From Candidatus Jordarchaeia archaeon (lineage in GTDB: Archaea > Asgardarchaeota > Jordiarchaeia > Jordiarchaeales > Jordiarchaeaceae), in the NCBI GenBank assembly GCA_029856435.1, contig JAHQXB010000105.1, forward strand, positions 1 through 18,945: a stretch of DNA of 18,945 nt, in the 5' to 3' direction. The notes beneath the pieces are model-generated. The model was not told where the DNA came from, did no database searches, and saw only the letters and a program-made list of their open reading frames with translations. This document shows positions 16,771 to 18,945 of the stretch, one piece after another. Position numbers and translations under genes: made by a program. Numbering within the stretch: position 1 is the stretch's first letter; each line of letters starts with the position of its first letter.

Positions 16771-18255
16771 TTACACTCCTCCAAAACATAGTTTTCCAGG
16801 ATTCAGCAGGTTTTTGGGGTCAAAAATAGACTTAACCTTTCTCAGAGCCACAACGGTTTCCGGTGAGCAGTTTCTGTAAACAGTCTCGGTGAGGGGGCCG
16901 TATGGTCTGCTGAAGAAGGCTCCCTTTTTTATGAGGACTTCACCTGCTCTCAGGTACAAGTATTCTGCCCTGTTGGCTTCCATGGTGTCTTGGGGATTGT
17001 AGTAGATGTCAAATTCGCAGTGGCAGTTGCAGCCCTGAACCAGAGGCTGAATATAGACCCCCACATCCTCAGGCGGGTATCTTTCTTCGTCAGCTACTCG
17101 GGTAAACGTTTTGTAAAGCTCGGGAGTCTTGTCCAGTGTTGTGAGGAAAAACACTTCTTGGCAGCCTCCCTTGAACCGCAGTTTCCAGTAGGGCTCCTCA
17201 CAGCTCCTGCCAAGCAAGCCCAAAACCTCACCGCTTGAAACACCCTTAACCTCGGACAATAGATTCACACCAGTATCGCGAGCAATATCTTTGATGTCTC
17301 CCTCCAAGTAGTCTAATTCTTCCTGAGCCAGCTTCCCGTGGCCCGAAATGCAGAGAATCAAAATCCATTTAGGCAAAACATTTCTAAGTGAACGAATCTC
17401 TTGAGTATCTTTTCTCAGAGCTGTGGCCAGACTCATATTGTTGAGGATGAAGAACTCGTCTCCCAATCTCCGCCTCAGAACTCCATAGGCAAAATCTAGG
17501 AAGCTCTCAAGCAAATCCGAGACGGCAAAGAAAAGCTTCCTGGCGCTGGGAAGAACCTCGCACTTAACTGTGGCCCATGTTACAATGCCCATGGTGCCCT
17601 GTGCTCCCTGCAAAATTCTGAAGGGATCAAACTGTGTGGGGCCTAGGGGACTCTTCTGTGCTCCACCGGACTCCACCTGTTCCTCAAGGGTTCCGGGCCC
17701 CGCAGCAGCACCTGTTCTGAAAATATCGCCGGTGCCGAAAACCACCTCGGTGCAGAGCAGGGGGTCTGAGGAATCCCAGTGATACTTGGGCATGGTCACG
17801 GGTTCCCTTTCCAGACCGCTGGCGAGAACTGATTTCGAAGCCTTGGGAAGAAGAGGCATCAACAATCTGAGACCATGCTTATTTACTTCTGGCACCAGCT
17901 GGCTAAATGTTACCCCGGGCTCAACCATGACCACTCTGTTTTTTCTATCAATCCTGATAATTCTGTTCATTTTGCTCAAATCAACAATAACTGAATTGTC
18001 AGCCATGGGCGTAGTGTCTCCCCGAAGTCTGGGCTTACCTGAACTCACAGGCACCAGTGTGAATGAGTGCTCCGCCGCAAGCCTCACTATCTTGCTAACC
18101 TCATCAACATTCTTGGGCCAAACTATGCAGGAGGCTTTTTTGGCAGCAGTGAAGCTGAGATCCCTAGAATACTCTTCTAAGATTTCAGATTCGCGGGAAA
18201 CATTACTCCGCCCAGTAATCTCCACCAACTTATCGAAAAACTGGCTTCCAACCAC
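16771..18255 (-). CDS. FAD-binding oxidoreductase (VAO/PCMH-type FAD-linked oxidase fold)
   Basis: IVWPKNVDEVSKIV, PVSSG, VDLSKMNRII, VEPGVTF, EVVFGTGDIFRTG, GTMGIVT, KVKSIFDPKNLLNPG. GTG 18255 is preferred over TTG 18303 because it aligns in register with the paralog N-terminus (VVGSQFFDKLVEITG vs MLDREVYRALEKIVG). Confidence 0.85.
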   Translation of the reverse strand: MVGSQFFDKLVEITGRSNVSRESEILEEYSRDLSFTAAKKASCIVWPKNVDEVSKIVRLAAEHSFTLVPVSSGKPRLRGDTTPMADNSVIVDLSKMNRIIRIDRKNRVVMVEPGVTFSQLVPEVNKHGLRLLMPLLPKASKSVLASGLEREPVTMPKYHWDSSDPLLCTEVVFGTGDIFRTGAAAGPGTLEEQVESGGAQKSPLGPTQFDPFRILQGAQGTMGIVTWATVKCEVLPSARKLFFAVSDLLESFLDFAYGVLRRRLGDEFFILNNMSLATALRKDTQEIRSLRNVLPKWILILCISGHGKLAQEELDYLEGDIKDIARDTGVNLLSEVKGVSSGEVLGLLGRSCEEPYWKLRFKGGCQEVFFLTTLDKTPELYKTFTRVADEERYPPEDVGVYIQPLVQGCNCHCEFDIYYNPQDTMEANRAEYLYLRAGEVLIKKGAFFSRPYGPLTETVYRNCSPETVVALRKVKSIFDPKNLLNPGKLCFGGV

Positions 18256-18344
18256 TTGAAAAACGCCCCAACCATAAATATTCACAATGGATGAAGTAAA
18301 CAACTGTCAAATTTTAGGTTAAAATTTTAATTGTAACTTCTAGT

Positions 18345-18350
18345 ATAAAT
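18345..18350 (-). promoter_or_regulatory. TATA box (TTTATA) for the FAD/Fe-S/FAD operon
   Basis: The + strand reads tataaa; on the minus strand it follows purine-rich AGTAAGAA (BRE-like). Confidence 0.45.
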
Positions 18351-18366
18351 TCTTACTGCACTTTAT

Positions 18367-18399
18367 TTCTATAATTGCCTTAATACTTCTATAATTGCC
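18367..18399. repeat. Perfect 13-bp direct repeat TTCTATAATTGCC x2, 20-bp period
   Basis: Copies at 18367-18379 and 18387-18399. Confidence 0.85.
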
Positions 18400-18644
18400 G
18401 AAGTAAACTTCACAGGAATAATTTACAAATGCCTGAAGAGGAGGTGGCCCGAAAGCTTTAGAGCCCAAGGGGATAGGCGGAAGATTAAAGAGTTTATAAA
18501 GAAACGCAGGCTAGAAATAGCAGTTGAAGGAAAAGAAAGGTACTGCTAAGCCTAAATGGGAACAGGGAAGTAGGAGAGAGAAGGATACTTAATGTCCTCA
18601 AAAATGGGCGAAGTAACGACGGTGAACATAAGGGAAAGAGGGGC

Positions 18645-18662
18645 AAAAAAGCCACAAAAAAA
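18645..18662 (-). terminator. Tandem T7/T6 tracts after the mtmB-like gene
   Basis: A-runs at 18656-18662 and 18645-18650 on +, 30-47 nt after the stop. Confidence 0.5.
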
Positions 18663-18691
18663 TGGGGAAATGATGACGCCATTCTTCACTT

Positions 18692-18943
18692 TTACCAGGC
18701 TTCATAGTTTAGGCCTAGGTCTTGCAGTTCTTTCTTCATTTTTGAGTAGAGTTCTAGGTATTCTTTTTTGGGCTTTAGAGTTTTCATGTCGTAGGTTTTG
18801 GGCATGTGGTCTTCACTGGGCATTCCAACTTTTGCTTTGTCCTCATATTTTTTAAGAAGCGTCTTAACTATTTCGACTCCGTCGCTCACCTTTAACCCAG
18901 AAGCCGCTCTTGCTACTTCTCCACCCCATCTTCCCTCTATTCC
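18692..18943 (-). CDS. mtmB: C-terminal part of a monomethylamine:corrinoid methyltransferase (MtmB family); 5' end lies outside the window
   Basis: The frame of the 65-aa track ORF stays open to the edge: GIEGRWGGEVARAASGLKVSDGVEIVKTLLKKYEDKAKVGMPSEDHMPKTYDMKTLKPKKEYLELYSKMKKELQDLGLNYEAW. This matches the recalled MtmB C-terminus (G.EAR..GEVARA.AG...YD.KT..P..EY...Y......L.DLGL). Confidence 0.75.
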   Translation of the reverse strand, partial: GIEGRWGGEVARAASGLKVSDGVEIVKTLLKKYEDKAKVGMPSEDHMPKTYDMKTLKPKKEYLELYSKMKKELQDLGLNYEAW

Positions 18944-18945
18944 GG

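Noticed and set aside
13921-18255. Call as glcD/glcF/glcE or D-lactate dehydrogenase
   Set aside because: The architecture is similar, but the GxGT loop and EHG motif are absent.
597-18259. Many 60-160 aa ORFs antisense to or nested in long CDSs (for example 597-977, 1719-2204, 3952-4344, 13040-13423, 14500-14916, 17786-18259)
   Set aside because: They overlap well-supported genes and have no recognisable motifs.
18367-18399. CRISPR or iteron interpretation of the direct repeat
   Set aside because: Only two 13-bp copies with a 7-nt spacer; no cas or rep genes.
18670-18676. Box C (ATGATGA) of a possible C/D sRNA; another on the minus strand near 11425
   Set aside because: No box D (CTGA) at a suitable distance for either.
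18494-18855. ORFs 18494-18682 (-) and 18592-18855 (+)
   Set aside because: They arise from purine-rich intergenic sequence or are antisense to mtmB; no credible SD or motif.

Overview
An archaeal locus (GGAGGTGA-type Shine-Dalgarno motifs, BRE/TATA promoters, oligo-T terminators), probably from an anaerobic heterotroph; the lineage cannot be fixed from sequence alone. In order: a minus-strand CDS running off the left edge; ilvD; a coupled lipS2-lipS1-lipoate-protein-ligase operon (archaeal-type lipoyl cofactor synthesis); a ferritin-like protein; an acyl-CoA ligase divergent from an atypical AbfD/HpaB-family flavoprotein plus DUF362; about 1 kb with decayed gene fragments; a convergent MjaII/TdeIII-like type II restriction-modification pair; a FAD-oxidoreductase / CCG Fe-S protein / FAD-oxidoreductase operon; and the 3' end of an MtmB-family methylamine methyltransferase at the right edge, which the ORF track shows only as a 65-aa ORF. 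No rRNA, tRNA, CRISPR array or intact mobile element was seen. The most unusual items are the AbfD-like protein with altered Fe-S and catalytic motifs, the MtmB homologue upstream of a VAO/PCMH-like flavoprotein operon, and a G/T-to-A/C third-position gradient along genes. All family comparisons rest on recalled consensus motifs, not on database searches.
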